DNA of 63,973 nt, filler included, from Reticulomyxa filosa (GCA_000512085.1; 13 parts of 13 records of this genome joined end to end with filler, not necessarily neighbours in it); one strand, 5' to 3'; numbered from the whole stretch's first letter, positions 25,655-38,730 are shown. The notes: generated from the sequence alone by a model not told the origin. A program made the numbers and translations.

Positions 25655-25870
25655 TGTTGTATTCTCACTTGCAACCGAATTAAATTGTAAAAAATAACAA
25701 GTTTGCTTCGACAGTTGTCCCTCCAAAAAAAACTGCGTGAACCTTTTAGATATTAGACTGATTTTTTTGTTCTTCTCATCGATTAATTAACACGAACTGC
25801 CAGTCAATACTGATCGAAAAAAAAAGAAATAAATCTTAATAATAATGATAAAAATAAGTTGAAAAGCTAC

Positions 25871-28800
25871 TCAAAAACCCATGCACGTGTTCCATGGCTT
25901 TTGAGACGAATATTCGTTACTACCTTCTGTCATCACCCCACACACACACTCAACGAAAGTGACATTTCGAACTGAGCTTTTGCCACAACTTCGATACATT
26001 TCGCAAAAAGATCGAACGCTAGAATGGCAAGAAACTGTATTCGCCGCATCACATTCAATATAACTGGTCAATCCACCATGCATATCAACCATACTTACAG
26101 GGTCTCTTCGAGGTAAAATAGACAAACTGGTTTTGTCCAGACCCTCTACTGAAAAGCCAAATTTTTCACTGGCATATATAGTCCCTGGACTGGACAAGCC
26201 AATGGAATATACATTGGAGTATCCATTATCGGCTAGCTTTGCACCAACAATTTCTGCGATGCCTCCACCTATGATAACAAGAATTTTTTTTTATGTGGTT
26301 AATAACCAGAATTGGCTTCGTAATGTATAAAACACAAAAACAAATTAATGACATACCCAAACTATGGCCAACTAAAAAGATAGTGCGATTTTTGTTCATG
26401 GTCGACAAGTTTTGTTCTAGTCCAGAAACAAAGGCATATACGGGTTTATCAAAGTAATTTCTTGCCTTACTGTCAATGATGCCATCAGGGATTGCCGCAT
26501 AATACACAAAGTCTCGAATAAAACCCACCTATCAAGATGTTTATATTAATCCTTATTATTTTGTTTTTTTGTTTTTTTGAAATATTGAGCAACACAAAGA
26601 TTGAGTAACTGGCAGAATATTGTTGAGCGGAACAATAAAGGATGCCATTTGCAAAATTGCGACCTCAGAATAGAGCGAAACATCTTGCATATAATCAGCT
26701 TGCTCGAAAGTTCCACGAATGACAACTAGACTCAGGGGAAGTTTACTGAGTGAGTTCCAACAAAAATATTGTTGCAAGAAAAAACGGAGTGTGAGAGGGG
26801 GAAGGGGATAAAAGTTACGCTTTAATCGCAACTCATTCATACAAACCTTTCGATATGATAAAATGTTGGTCTCTCATCATGCACTTCCAGCGTGTTAAAA
26901 TCCCATAGATCCGAAGTCTTATTTCCAAACCAATTTGTAAGTTGTGTTTCAATTTGATTAATCTCCCAATAATATGCACTGCATGCAAAAAATCTTTTTT
27001 TTTTTTTTTTAATTAATGCAATTATATTTACTGCGAAATCCCTGAAAAAAAAAAAAAAAATAGTGCGTAACAAAAAATCCATGACATTAAGATCAGCAGC
27101 AGTTTGCAATTGACATATGGGATAAGGAGCAACGTCTACAGAAGTGGTGCTTACCCCTTTTTGTAAGCGCTTATCACTGAAATAGCTTGCGGTGACAATA
27201 AACACGACAACCAACACCAGGAGAATGAGTATGCAAAGACCACCAAAAGATCCTCTTATGCATAGTTGAAAGCCCAATTGATCATGTTCACTGGTTCGAG
27301 TGGATGCCCAATATTCTGTCCATGGCAATTTGAAGGTGTGAAGATGTTGGCTTGATTTGTTTTGGGACGACGGAATGAGAGTGGGGGCCGAGTCATTTTG
27401 AGACGGTGCCAAGGTAGTGGCGTTGTCAACGCTGTACTTCCTTTCATCCTCAATTTGCGATTCATACGAGTCTGTCATTTCCACACCACTCTTACTTTCT
27501 TCCCTAGGCGCGTCTGGTATCAAGTGGGCCGTGGTATTCGCTGTTCCTTCTTGTCTCAATGCCCACCAAAGATTCATTTGTCGATAGCAGCTTGTCATAC
27601 AATTACCAACCGTATTACACACCACAAGAGCATCCACGTCTTCTTTGTTGTCGTTATGTATCGAATCAATACTGTCAATATACGACGCAGGCAATTTATA
27701 CGGATACGTACCAAGAAGGAAGCTTCTTTCGTTTCTAAATAACATTCGTACCCACCCAAATTGCAACAACAACAAAATAAATAAATTAATGTAAATTGAA
27801 AATTAATCCGAAACGCAAATGCATTACAAAGTAAAGATAAATTCTCAACAAAAAAAATTCATCATTTGCACTGTTAGAAATCCTCTGAGTCTCAGGTATA
27901 ACGATAGCTGAGTCGGAGCGCGCTTTTTGAGGTCCTTTTTGCTTTTTATTTCCAACAGCAATGGGTATTACTCCTGCCTGGCTTTCTTGAGACTTTTCTC
28001 GCTCCTTTGCATGTTTCCAGCTTTCGTGATGATCGTTGAACGAGTAATACTGTTTCCCACTCCACAGAAAATACAGTGCATTCCATTTACCCTGCCGGCC
28101 AAAGATACAGAGATAATATGTGCACATGACCAACCCAACGAAAACGATGAAATTGGCACCTGTACCCCATCCAATAAAAATACATAATAAACCACTCAGC
28201 AACACAACCGGTACGTATATCGATTTGAAAATCGTCCACTTTCTTGTGTCGCGATTTTTATGCACTACCAAAAATAACTCTAGCCAACTGAATGGCTTAC
28301 CTCCAATATCTGTAGATTCCAAGCGCACATATCTCAATAACTCACGCTTTGCCTTCAGCAAATACAATGTATACAATGTGCAAACAATTACACAGCCCGT
28401 GTACATAAAACCCCAAACCAATCCAGTCACTATCATCAATCGCAATAATAATTGCCAGAATAATGTATCCGTCACCTGGTATTGATATGTACATATACAG
28501 AGATCGTGTATATAAATATAAATACATATAAATGTATACACGTACAAACCGGTATTTTGCTATAGGTGGACAAAATCACTGTAAACATTAAGCACAGTAG
28601 AAAATTTAAGAATCTCCAGAGCACTACGATAGGTGTACGATACTGATCTCCAATGTTAAATACAAATAAGATACTCGCCTGATAAAAGCGCTTGCAGAAC
28701 CACGACACGACATGGATTATAAAAAAGAAAGCCAAAAACCCAAAGTAACTTCCATCGGACGATGTTGTGATGCAACTGATCACAAATTCCACTAACATAT

Positions 28801-28918
28801 TCCACCAAAAGCAAACAATTAAACAAAAGCCCAAAATTGAACATATCAAATGGAATACTTGAAATATTACCCCGAGTTGTTCCCACCACGCTTTTCCTTT
28901 CTTTACAATGTTGCTCAT
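25871..28918 (-). CDS. Multi-pass membrane protein with class-3 lipase domain
   Basis: Many hydrophobic helices N-terminally; VVIRGT (oxyanion region), IFLVGHSLG|GG nucleophile elbow, SSPG, RRDPV, terminal HS; multiple GT-AG introns. Confidence 0.85.
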
Positions 28919-29094
28919 GTTGTTGAACCATAGACTATTTACTTGGTTATGTTGTGTCTATTTTTGTTGGGATTTTTTTTTTAAAAAAAGTTATGTGCAA
29001 AAGGTAGGGTGTAAAAAGATTAAATTAAAGCGAAATTGCGTAAAAAGAGAGAAAGGCGAGAGGGGGAAAAAAAAAAAAGCAAAAAAAAAAAAAA

Positions 29095-29194
29095 NNNNNN
29101 NNNNNNNNNNNNNNNNNNNNNNNNNNNNNNNNNNNNNNTTAATTAATTAANNNNNNNNNNNNNNNNNNNNNNNNNNNNNNNNNNNNNNNNNNNN
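29095..29194. other. Artificial contig linker
   Basis: N44-TTAATTAATTAA-N44. Confidence 0.99.
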
Positions 29195-29281
29195 AAAAAA
29201 AAAAAATAAAAAAATATGACGTACATATATATAAATGTATATGTGTATATGAATGCATGTTAAAAAAAAAAAAAAATCAAG

Positions 29282-30927
29282 GAGCTGAAGTACTGCGGAT
29301 CTTTGCCGCAATTATTTTCTTTGCCCGTTACTTGTTTGACTGCTCTGGACGCTTCACAACTAACCTACAAACCCGACGCCTTTACTACTGCTCACAAAAG
29401 AGGGCTGCCTTTGGGCGGGAGTAATATTAAAGATATTCATGCCACTGGCTCTCTTTTAGCAGTGTCTATGGACTGTTACGGATCAATATATACACATATA
29501 TATATATGTACATATATGTATATGTATATACACATATATATCTATATATATATGTACACATATATGTATATGTATATTTATGTGCTTTGTTTTTTGTTTT
29601 TGTTTTTTTTTCCAATCAGGGATAAAACACTAAAAAATACCAAAACAAACGCAGGCCATATAGGAGTTTATGACTTGTCCACGGGAGATGCTCTTGGATA
29701 TGTGCGCACAAGCATCCGTGGCAATTTGTCTCTGGCTTATTGCTTTGATCACATATTTGTATCCAGCCTTGAAAAATATGTGAGGCCAAACTATTACTTT
29801 TTTTTTTTTAACTTTTCAAATTGTTATGCATTACATATATGTACATATACATGTATATGTAATGTATATATGTATATACATATATATATATATGTATTTA
29901 TATGCAGATCGTATGCTTGAGTCAAGGCTCTGAATCAGGAATACCAGTTCCGAAACGCGAATTATTTGGACATACAAAAGCAGTGTACTGCCTGTCGGCG
30001 GACAAGTCGAACCAGCGACTGTTCAGCGGGGGACATGACAATCGCATTTGCGTTTGGTCGAGAGACGAAAAATCACATGACTTTCTGCAACAGAATGTGT
30101 TGAAATCCGTGCACAAATCCAATGGCTTCACTTGCATTGCTCCAATGTCCAATATTCGATGCATTGCTGCTGGGACGTGCGAGGGTTATGTGACCATTTG
30201 GTACGAGTATCCGTCGGACGAGTCTGCCGAGTCTTTACCGGCAAATCCAAGAGACAGCAATAAACATGAAGTCAAGCAAGAACATTTGAAAAAGGTTGAG
30301 GAGCCCAAGGACAACAACAACAACAACAACAACAATAACAGTGATAATAATGATAATAATAATAATAATAATAATAATGATAATAATAATAATGATAATA
30401 ACAATAACAATAATAACAATAACAATAATAATAATAGTAATGACAATACGAACAAACAAGAGAATAATAACCAACAGCAACTAATTGCTCCGATCAAAGA
30501 CAGACGACGTGCAGTGTCCGAGCAAATGATCAAGTCGAAACAATTATCTGCAAAAATTTTGCGCAATTGCAGTGTTGTCACGCAGAATTCGCAAACGACA
30601 AACAAAGAGTGGAAATGTGTGTATTCGTGGCGAGCTCATAAAAACGGCAAAGTGACGGCGATGGAATATATTGAAAAAGACAATGTGCTTGTTACTGCCG
30701 GAGAGGATGGGTGCGTTCGTTTGGTATATGTATGCCATCCTGGATTATTCCCCAATGTTCAAGTCTCTCCCAAAGATGACGCTTTGGAAGATCAAGATTT
30801 GTCGTTTGTTGAAATCAATAAAAAGAGATTGTTGACAGACTATTCGCCTCTTGTGAGGGACAAGTTGCAAAAAGTCTTTGAAGAAATTGAGAAAAGAAAT
30901 AAAATTGGATATCAAACTTACAGATGA
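29282..30927 (+). CDS. WD40-repeat protein with poly-Asn insert, 5' truncated
   Basis: LFGHTKAVYCL...LFSGGHDNRICVW, AAGTCEGYVTIW, AHKNGKVTAM...LVTAGEDGCVRL; introns from 29475 and 29780. Confidence 0.8.
30312..30440 (+). repeat. (AAC/AAT)n coding microsatellite, poly-Asn
   Basis: Read directly; in frame within the WD40 ORF. Confidence 0.9.
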
Positions 30928-31796
30928 GTGTTTGGTATTATCACATATAATCTTACTAACATGTCAAACACAGCAACAAATTTTTTTGAGCTGGAGTGTA
31001 TTTTTTATTTCAATTTTTCATAATGGTGATTTTTTTCTCCCTCTTTTTTTGAAGATTTTTGTTCGTCAACTTCTTCCCGCTTTCAAAAAATTATCACATG
31101 GTCTAATTACTTTGAATTGTACGTATTATGATATTCAAAAACTCAAGCAGATCATCCCTTTTGAGTTTTCGTTTCTTTGTCGTAGTTTGGGAAGTAAGTG
31201 AATTGACAGTTCAAATTTTCAAAAGAGCTTTGAGTCGATTCAGTTAGCTGAAACTTGTTTTTTCTTGTACTTGAAAAAAAAGCAAATAGTATAATAATAT
31301 TGGATTTTCATTTGTTGCTATGTATTGTTCACCGAACACTTTGGACTGTCATCTACGTATTTTCGTTCCTCGATGATATAGTCAATTATATATATGAAGC
31401 AATTTCAAAAGTTAAGTAGTTTTTAAAATTTTTTGACTTAAATTGAATTTTTAAACTCTTTTGACTGATATATTTTCAAGGATTGAAATGCAACAGGAAA
31501 ATGAAGTTGATATATGGCAAATATGATTAGAAGTAATGAAGATACAACAGCAAGTGCTATTATTATAAATAAATATGTATTTTGCATATGGACAATACGT
31601 GAAAGTTTATGGTAATGGCAAAATGATTGCAAATTGTTCACTAATTCATTCATTTGAGTGAAAATCATTGGACGTATGATTATATGAAATAAATTTACAA
31701 TGTCTCACAATATGTAAATGCTTGATATTTTAATTATGATAAATTATATAACGTATTACAATATGTTATATTTTACAATAGCAAATGAACATTATA

Positions 31797-31833
31797 CAGT
31801 ATGTTGCAAAGAAAACTGAACGCCTAAAACGAT
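31797..31833 (+). mobile_element. Tc1-family terminal inverted repeat (left end, cut by contig end)
   Basis: TA|CAGTATGTTGCAAAGAAAACTGAACGCCTAAAACGAT; 36/37 identical to the reverse complement of 32027-32063. Confidence 0.8.
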
Positions 31834-31933
31834 NNNNNNNNNNNNNNNNNNNNNNNNNNNNNNNNNNNNNNNNNNNNTTAATTAATTAANNNNNNNNNNN
31901 NNNNNNNNNNNNNNNNNNNNNNNNNNNNNNNNN
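31834..31933. other. Artificial contig linker
   Basis: N44-TTAATTAATTAA-N44. Confidence 0.99.
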
Positions 31934-32063
31934 ATTTAAAAACTACAAGATTTGTAGATATTTTTTAAAAAAAATTAGGTCTAAATGTTGATTTTTCATG
32001 GAGAAAATCAATTATCATCATAAGATATCGGTTTAGGCGTTCAGTTTTCTTTGCAACATACTG
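31934..32063. mobile_element. Tc1-family TIR (right end ...ACTG|TA)
   Basis: Homologous along its length to 32957-33079; ends CATACTG followed by TA. Confidence 0.8.
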
Positions 32064-32065
32064 TA

Positions 32066-33079
32066 TTTCAATATTTTATACTTTATTTTTCTTTTCTTTT
32101 TTTTTTTAGATCAATGTTGTTCGATATTTGATTTTTTTAATTTTTTTTTTGAAAAGTGCAAAGGATTGAGAATTTTAACAAAAGACTTGCTGTTGAGATA
32201 TTGCGTCAATACTGGAATTTGCTCAAAGTTGCAAAACAATTTGTGTAAGTCATGAATGTGCGTAAATGGAAGCTGACGTTCATCATAAAAACATTAAAAA
32301 TTGTTAGTGGAAGCATAATGTGTGGTCTTGCTTTGTAGTGTTAGGACATGTTTATGCATGTAACATTAATTGACGTGTCAATGCATATTTTTACAAAGAA
32401 ATTCTATTTGATGAAATTCTCAGAAAGCATTAATTGATGTTTAGAAGATAATGGAAATTGTATATTTCAGCAAGATAATGCCACAGTCACACAGAAATTG
32501 CAGCAAAAGAAGATTTAAACAAAACGCTATCAAAATATTGAATTTCACTTCAAATTCTTCAGCCTGAACAAATCGAACATCTGTGGATAGTGAAAACAAA
32601 AATATTCAAAAATGAGCCATTTGGATCGAAAGAAAAGCTCATGAAAAATTTAAATTAGAATGTAAAAAAATGACAAAGAAACATGAGAAAATGCAAGCAG
32701 TATCCAATGCAAAAAGTGATTTAGCCAAATTGTAATTTTCATTAAAAACAACCTTACCACAAAAAAAAAATCAGTTCTTATGCTTTTGAATTAACTTGAC
32801 TTTTTGGATTAGACAAAAAAAAAGTAAAAAACCAATAATAGGAAAAAAAAAAAAATAGAGTCACGTAGGCACGATTGTCAACTTTTTCTCAAAAATGAAT
32901 AAAATATTCAAATTTTTTAAACAATTAGGAAAGATGTAATAAAAAACCAAAATGATATTTAAAAACTACACAATTTGCAGATATTTTTTTAAAATTAGGT
33001 CTGAATGTTGTTTTTTCATGAAGAAAATCGATTCTATAAGGTTCTGTTTTAGGTGTCAACTTTACTTTGCACTCTACTG
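32066..33079 (+). mobile_element. Degenerate Tc1/mariner transposon derivative with right IR/DR-type TIR
   Basis: HTH remnant, GSIM-W-CF remnant, FQQDNA at 32465-32482, decayed SPDLNQIEHLW at ~32552-32590; TIR ends CTACTG|TA at 33079-33081; GTCAACTTT inner and outer direct repeats. Confidence 0.9.
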
Positions 33080-33467
33080 TAGTTCAATCAACATTGAATA
33101 AAAAATGCATGTGGATAACAAGCAATAATAAATAATTTCGATTTAGCATGTTATTAGTTGTAAAAGTCAACTCTTTGTTGTTTTACATTTCGAATAAAAT
33201 TATTTTTCATGGTTTTATTCCATCAAGTCAACATAATATCAATTTCATTCATGATAATTAAATTGGAATTTATCCATGATTGTTTTTGCAAAGCAATCAA
33301 AAAAATAAATCATTTTAAGTTCATCGACGATTAGTTTTTTGTCAAATGGGAAATACTCATTATTTAAACATTACAAACAATCGTAAACACCTTCTTATCT
33401 TCTACTCAACCACCACTAAAATAATTCCTTTAAATTTCATTAATAATCTAATTATGCCTGCAAAATT

Positions 33468-33567
33468 NNNNNNNNNNNNNNNNNNNNNNNNNNNNNNNNN
33501 NNNNNNNNNNNTTAATTAATTAANNNNNNNNNNNNNNNNNNNNNNNNNNNNNNNNNNNNNNNNNNNN
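33468..33567. other. Artificial contig linker
   Basis: N44-TTAATTAATTAA-N44. Confidence 0.99.
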
Positions 33568-34214
33568 AAAAGAAAGCTGACACATAAAACGGAACTTTGT
33601 TTTCTTCTTGAGAAAAAACCAACATTTAATCAAAATTTTTTTTATTAAAAGAAAAATATTTACTTGTAGTTTTTATATCTTTCGCAATTTTTCAAAAATT
33701 TATTGATTTTTTTTATTGAGCTTTTTTAACAAAGCATTCTTGTAATTGTAAAGAAAAGGTATCATTTTTTTTTAATAAAAACCATTAAAATATCTAAAGA
33801 TTTAATCTTATAAAACAAATATTTGCTCAAATGCAATAATATTGTCGTTTTTTCTGTTATTATGATTACCAGTTTCACTGCACGGTATCCTTTTAATAAA
33901 CATTACTTGGATACTCAGATAGGCATGTATTCATTTTTGAGTATATGATAAGAATAACAGTGTTTTTTTAATTGACTTCATCTACAAATAATTATTTGTG
34001 TCCATATGCTACACATTGAGACTGATAAATTTTACTTGGTATGTTGTTTAAAAAAAGATCGATATTTCATAACTATGAGAAAAACACGATTGTCAACTCC
34101 TTTTTAGAATTTTACAAAATCAAATGAAAGATTAAAATTTTTGATTAAATGTTGTTTTTTCATGGACAACCACAAATATATCTATAAGGTGTTAACTTTT
34201 TTTTTATTCTACTG
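33568..34214. mobile_element. ~650-bp non-coding MITE of the same Tc1 family
   Basis: Contig start matches the left TIR minus ~11 nt (aaagaaagctgacacataaaacggaact); right end cacgattgtcaact...tctactg|TA at 34214-34216; no transposase motifs seen inside. Confidence 0.75.
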
Positions 34215-34494
34215 TATTTGATTTTGCCGCAGTCAAAAAATTTTTTTAAATTTTATTGTAATTTAATAAACTGACTTTTATTTGTTTTTTATAGTTTTTG
34301 TTTTTATTTTTATTAGAACAAAAAAATATTGGTGAGGCCATGGAACTTTTGTTTTTAAGGTCTCTTTGAAAAGTTTATCGTTTTTTACTTTTCATTGATT
34401 AGTGTAAGGTAAGTATTTCATAGATACTTGTAAAAAATTATTTTATTAATAATTTTTGTTTGTCCAAAAAAAGTTTATCTTCCAAAAGTACATT

Positions 34495-35496
34495 ATGGCT
34501 TCAATAGTCAACAAATGTACTTTTCTTAACATACCAAATGTTGAACCATTTGCAAGTGCATACAAACGAGTATTTTTTTGATATTAAGCTGTAATGTTTG
34601 CAATGCTATTTGCTTTCATTTTCGGTAAGTTAATTCCTTTTTTAACCTTAGTGAAACAATAATGCGTTTTTTTTTATAATTGCTCATTGTGTATTTATTT
34701 TAATAGTTGATATTGATAAACTGCTACAACTGTAATCACTTGCGATCGAAATACTGCCAATGAAAATAACAATGAACGTGTAGATATTGATGAATGGAAT
34801 ATGAATTTTTTTCATGATTTGGATATGCTCCAAATACATCGTTTCAATATAAACGATCATACAGATCATGATCATGATTTGCATGCAAATATTGAACGTT
34901 TGAATGCAAATATACCTAAAAATTTTAACCATAATTTGAATGCAATTGAGCATATAAATCTTAATGGCTTGAATGCAAATTCTAATTGGAAAGTTTGGAA
35001 ATTGATCTTTTTAAAGAAGTTTCAATGAAAATATTTGAATGCAGGAAACAAGCAACAAGTTGTAATGTTAGACAAGAAACCTTGCTTGCAGCCACAGAGC
35101 CAATTAATAATAACATCCCATTAATTAATAAAAATAAAGAAGATATCATGCATGCGAGTGACAAAGAAAATAGCGATGATGCAGAAATATATTAGTCCGA
35201 ACTATCTGTGAAGAAAACGCTATCTAGAACAAATAAACAAACTAACGTAGCTATGCCATCAAAAAAAAGTGAAAAAAGAAATGAAAAGAGGAGATGCTTT
35301 CTCAGTTGAAAAAAATTCTAGCAGCAGAATAGCAACAAAAAAGCAAAAAACAAATGTTGATGAAGTCGGGTCATCAACAATACAATCAATTGTAACGCTG
35401 CAAAAAGAAATAAATGCAAACTTGCAAATAATTAAAGAATTGCAGCAAGACCAACACTTACAAATATTAGACCATTTGTCATTCTCGGCGATATAG
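34495..35496 (+). pseudogene. Broken coding-like sequence, unknown product
   Basis: ATG 34495, CNVC motif, GTAAGT donor, then short co-oriented ORFs 34801-35496 separated by stops and frameshifts. Confidence 0.3.
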
Positions 35497-35839
35497 TATC
35501 ACTTTTAATTTGAATTTTTAATAATGATTATTCTTCCTCCGCATAAAAATATAAATGCACTGGATCACACTTAGCTATATTTTTTGTTATGCAATTATAC
35601 CATTTCATTTATGTATACGTATCAAAAATATAACCAAATTCGGATAGCAATGAGATATTTGTTGGTCCTTTTTCGTTGAATCTTTCATAAAACTTGCTTG
35701 TAAGAAAGTTAATCATTTCCACAGTATAATGATCTTAATGAAAGATTTTGACGATGATTATTTCTTATTACAAACATTTTCTTTATAAAATAGCATTTGT
35801 GTGTTCTTTATTTTGAAAAATTATTTCATTGTTTAAGAA

Positions 35840-35939
35840 NNNNNNNNNNNNNNNNNNNNNNNNNNNNNNNNNNNNNNNNNNNNTTAATTAATTAANNNNN
35901 NNNNNNNNNNNNNNNNNNNNNNNNNNNNNNNNNNNNNNN
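35840..35939. other. Artificial contig linker
   Basis: N44-TTAATTAATTAA-N44. Confidence 0.99.
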
Positions 35940-36409
35940 AACACAAACAAAACTTGTGTCATAATAACGTGCGATTGATTTATCTCGAGACCCCTTCAAG
36001 AAGTAATGTTCCAACGCTCTTTGGAAGGAAAAGACCGTGTAAAAACATGCCCTAATTTTTGGCCATTATCTTCATTTTCAGTATTTTACAACAAAGGATG
36101 TTTAAAATAACTTACTACACATCTTTTTTACTACCTAATCATTTTTTTAAACAAAAAGTACTTGAAACATTTTTATATTACAATTGCGAAATCAATTTTA
36201 TATCGCTCAGATCAAAAAATCTATAACTGCATTTCATAGACTCAATTCTCAATGCTGCAAACTAAGTTAGAGATGTAACTGGTTCTTGTTTTGGAAACAG
36301 AGTTTGTTCCTGGGAACTTTTTTAAATCAAAACTCCAAATTGGTTATAATCACGTTTTACAGTTTTAAACTAGTGAAGTGAAATCAAGTTTAATCTCTCT
36401 TTTATTATA

Positions 36410-38730
36410 ATGGATCGAACTGATATCAAAACAGTTGAATCTCTAAATCTTACTGACGTCGCAGCTCCTTTCGAAATTTTGACTTCTTTGCCTTTTTTGC
36501 GTCGTTTTGCCCAGTATATATTGTACAAAGATGAAGTTCTTATATTTGGAAGTCATGTAAAAAGAGAATGCTATTCTTATCATACAATAAAGAATCAATA
36601 TAAAATTATCTGTTCATATCCAAAAAACGTTGAATTGCATGCGCATTGTGTAGTAAAGCTTATGAATAATAATCCAAATGAAATTAATATATTATCATTT
36701 GGTGGATCTGAATTTTCAAAAAGACACACATTGAAAATGAAATATGTAAGCGTTTGGAATGATAATAAAGAAATTGGAATTAAAAGTGAAAAAAAGAATC
36801 GTGTTAATGAATGGATACCTTTTACTGATAATAAGGATATACCATATTTGATTGGTAGAAATCAAGATGATCATCGTGGTGCTCGAGCAGTAATTGGTGG
36901 AAATAATAACAATTTATTATTCATTACTTATTACCCAGAAGATATTGACGTATTTGATTTAAATACATGCCAATTTATTAAACATGATAAATTACCAATT
37001 GAAAATTGGATAAGATGTCATTGTTTTATAATAAAAACAGAAAATAATTTATCAATAATAAAGACAAAGAAAAAAAAACATGAACTTATGTTTTTTTCTC
37101 AAAGTAATGGTTTATCAATTGAATATGACGAAGAAAATAATATTTTTCAATTTCATAAAGTGCGAGTTTGTACATCTATTAAGTCATTTGTTTTTTATGG
37201 ATATGTTTATATTAATGATGTTATTTTATTTTTTGGAGGACATGATAATGCTGAAGTTGGTGCCACAAGGGAAATACATAAATATTCGACAACACAAAAT
37301 AAATGGACAAAATCTGAACACATTCTACCAATTGCACTCAGTGATTATGTAGCATTATTAAGTGAAGATAATGTATATATTCATATTCTTGGAGAGAATG
37401 ATGGAAAGAAAGATACAGGAACATATATGAAAACAAGATTAACGGAATGGATACAAGAAGAAACAGAAATAGAAAGACAATGGATAACGGAAGAAGAAGA
37501 AAAAATAAAGATTGAAGAAATTAAAATAGAATTAGAAAAAATAAAAGATGTAAATATTGAAAAATGGAAAGTTAATTAATTTGATTTTATTTACTGTGAT
37601 AATTTATTCTTAATATCATATGATTATAAAAAAGAAAAAAAAGGAAATTGAAATGATAATTGAATATTGGGCTCATTCATTATTCATTAATGTTGGATGG
37701 ATTCAAGATTTTAATATTATTATTTTAAATTATATTTTGGTATCTATTTGTTTAAATTATTTAATTTAATTATATTTAAATATTAAATACACAAATAAAT
37801 AAATAAATAAATAAATAAATAAAAATTATATTTATAATAGATGAAATATTTTAAAACAATAAAAATTCTTGAAGGACATTCTGAAAATGTAAATAATGTT
37901 AAATTTTCACCTGATGGAACTAAAATTATTTCATCTTCTCGTGATATGACAATTCGCTTGTGGGATGTAAAATTAGGTAAAGAAATTCAAATATTGAAAG
38001 GACATTCAGATAAAATTAATTATGCAGAATTTTCACCTGATGGAAATATGATTGTATCATGTTCAGTGGATAAAATGATTTGGCTATGGGATGCAAATTC
38101 ATATTTAATAATTAAAAAATTAGAAGAACGTTCACAAGATATAAGAAGTGCACATTTTTCACCAGATGGAAAAACTATTATATCATGTTCATATGATGAA
38201 ACAATTCGAATATGGGATATAGAATCTGGAAAACAAATAAAAAGTTTAGAAGGACATTCTGAGGTAGTAAATGATGCAACATTTTCATTAAATGGTCAAA
38301 TTATTGCATCTGCATCTTATGATAATACTATTAGAATTTGGGATACAAAATCAGGTAAAAAAATTAAAAATTAAAAGGTCATTCAGATAATGTACTTAAA
38401 GTACAATTTTCTCCAGATGGAAATTTTATTATATCTTGTTCATGGGATAAAACAATTCGTATTTGGGATTTAATATTAAAAAAACAAATTAAAACATTAT
38501 TGGGACATTCTGATGTAATAAGAGATGTAAAATTCTTTCCAAATAGTCAAACTATCGTATCATGCTCAATGGATAAGACTATTCGATTATGGGACATTAA
38601 ATTTGAAATTGAAATACAAAAATTAGAAGGACATTCAGATTATATAACAGGGATAGATGTTTCACCAGATGGTAATATTATTGCATCATCTTCCAATGAT
38701 GGAACAATTCGATTATGGGGATTATTATAA
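36410..38730 (+). CDS. Kelch-like propeller + helical linker + 7 HET-E-like WD40 repeats (lineage-expanded family)
   Basis: ILSFGG, RAVIGG, ILFFGG kelch blades; introns 37571-37633 and 37740-37840; 42-aa repeats GHS..V..V.FSPDG..I.S.S.D.TIR.WD; 1-nt shift in A-run ~38366-38370. Confidence 0.85.

Noticed and set aside
38360-38380. Premature stop in the WD40 repeats
   Set aside because: Adding one A to an A-run restores KKLKGHSD; error and true lesion cannot be separated, so not treated as recoding.
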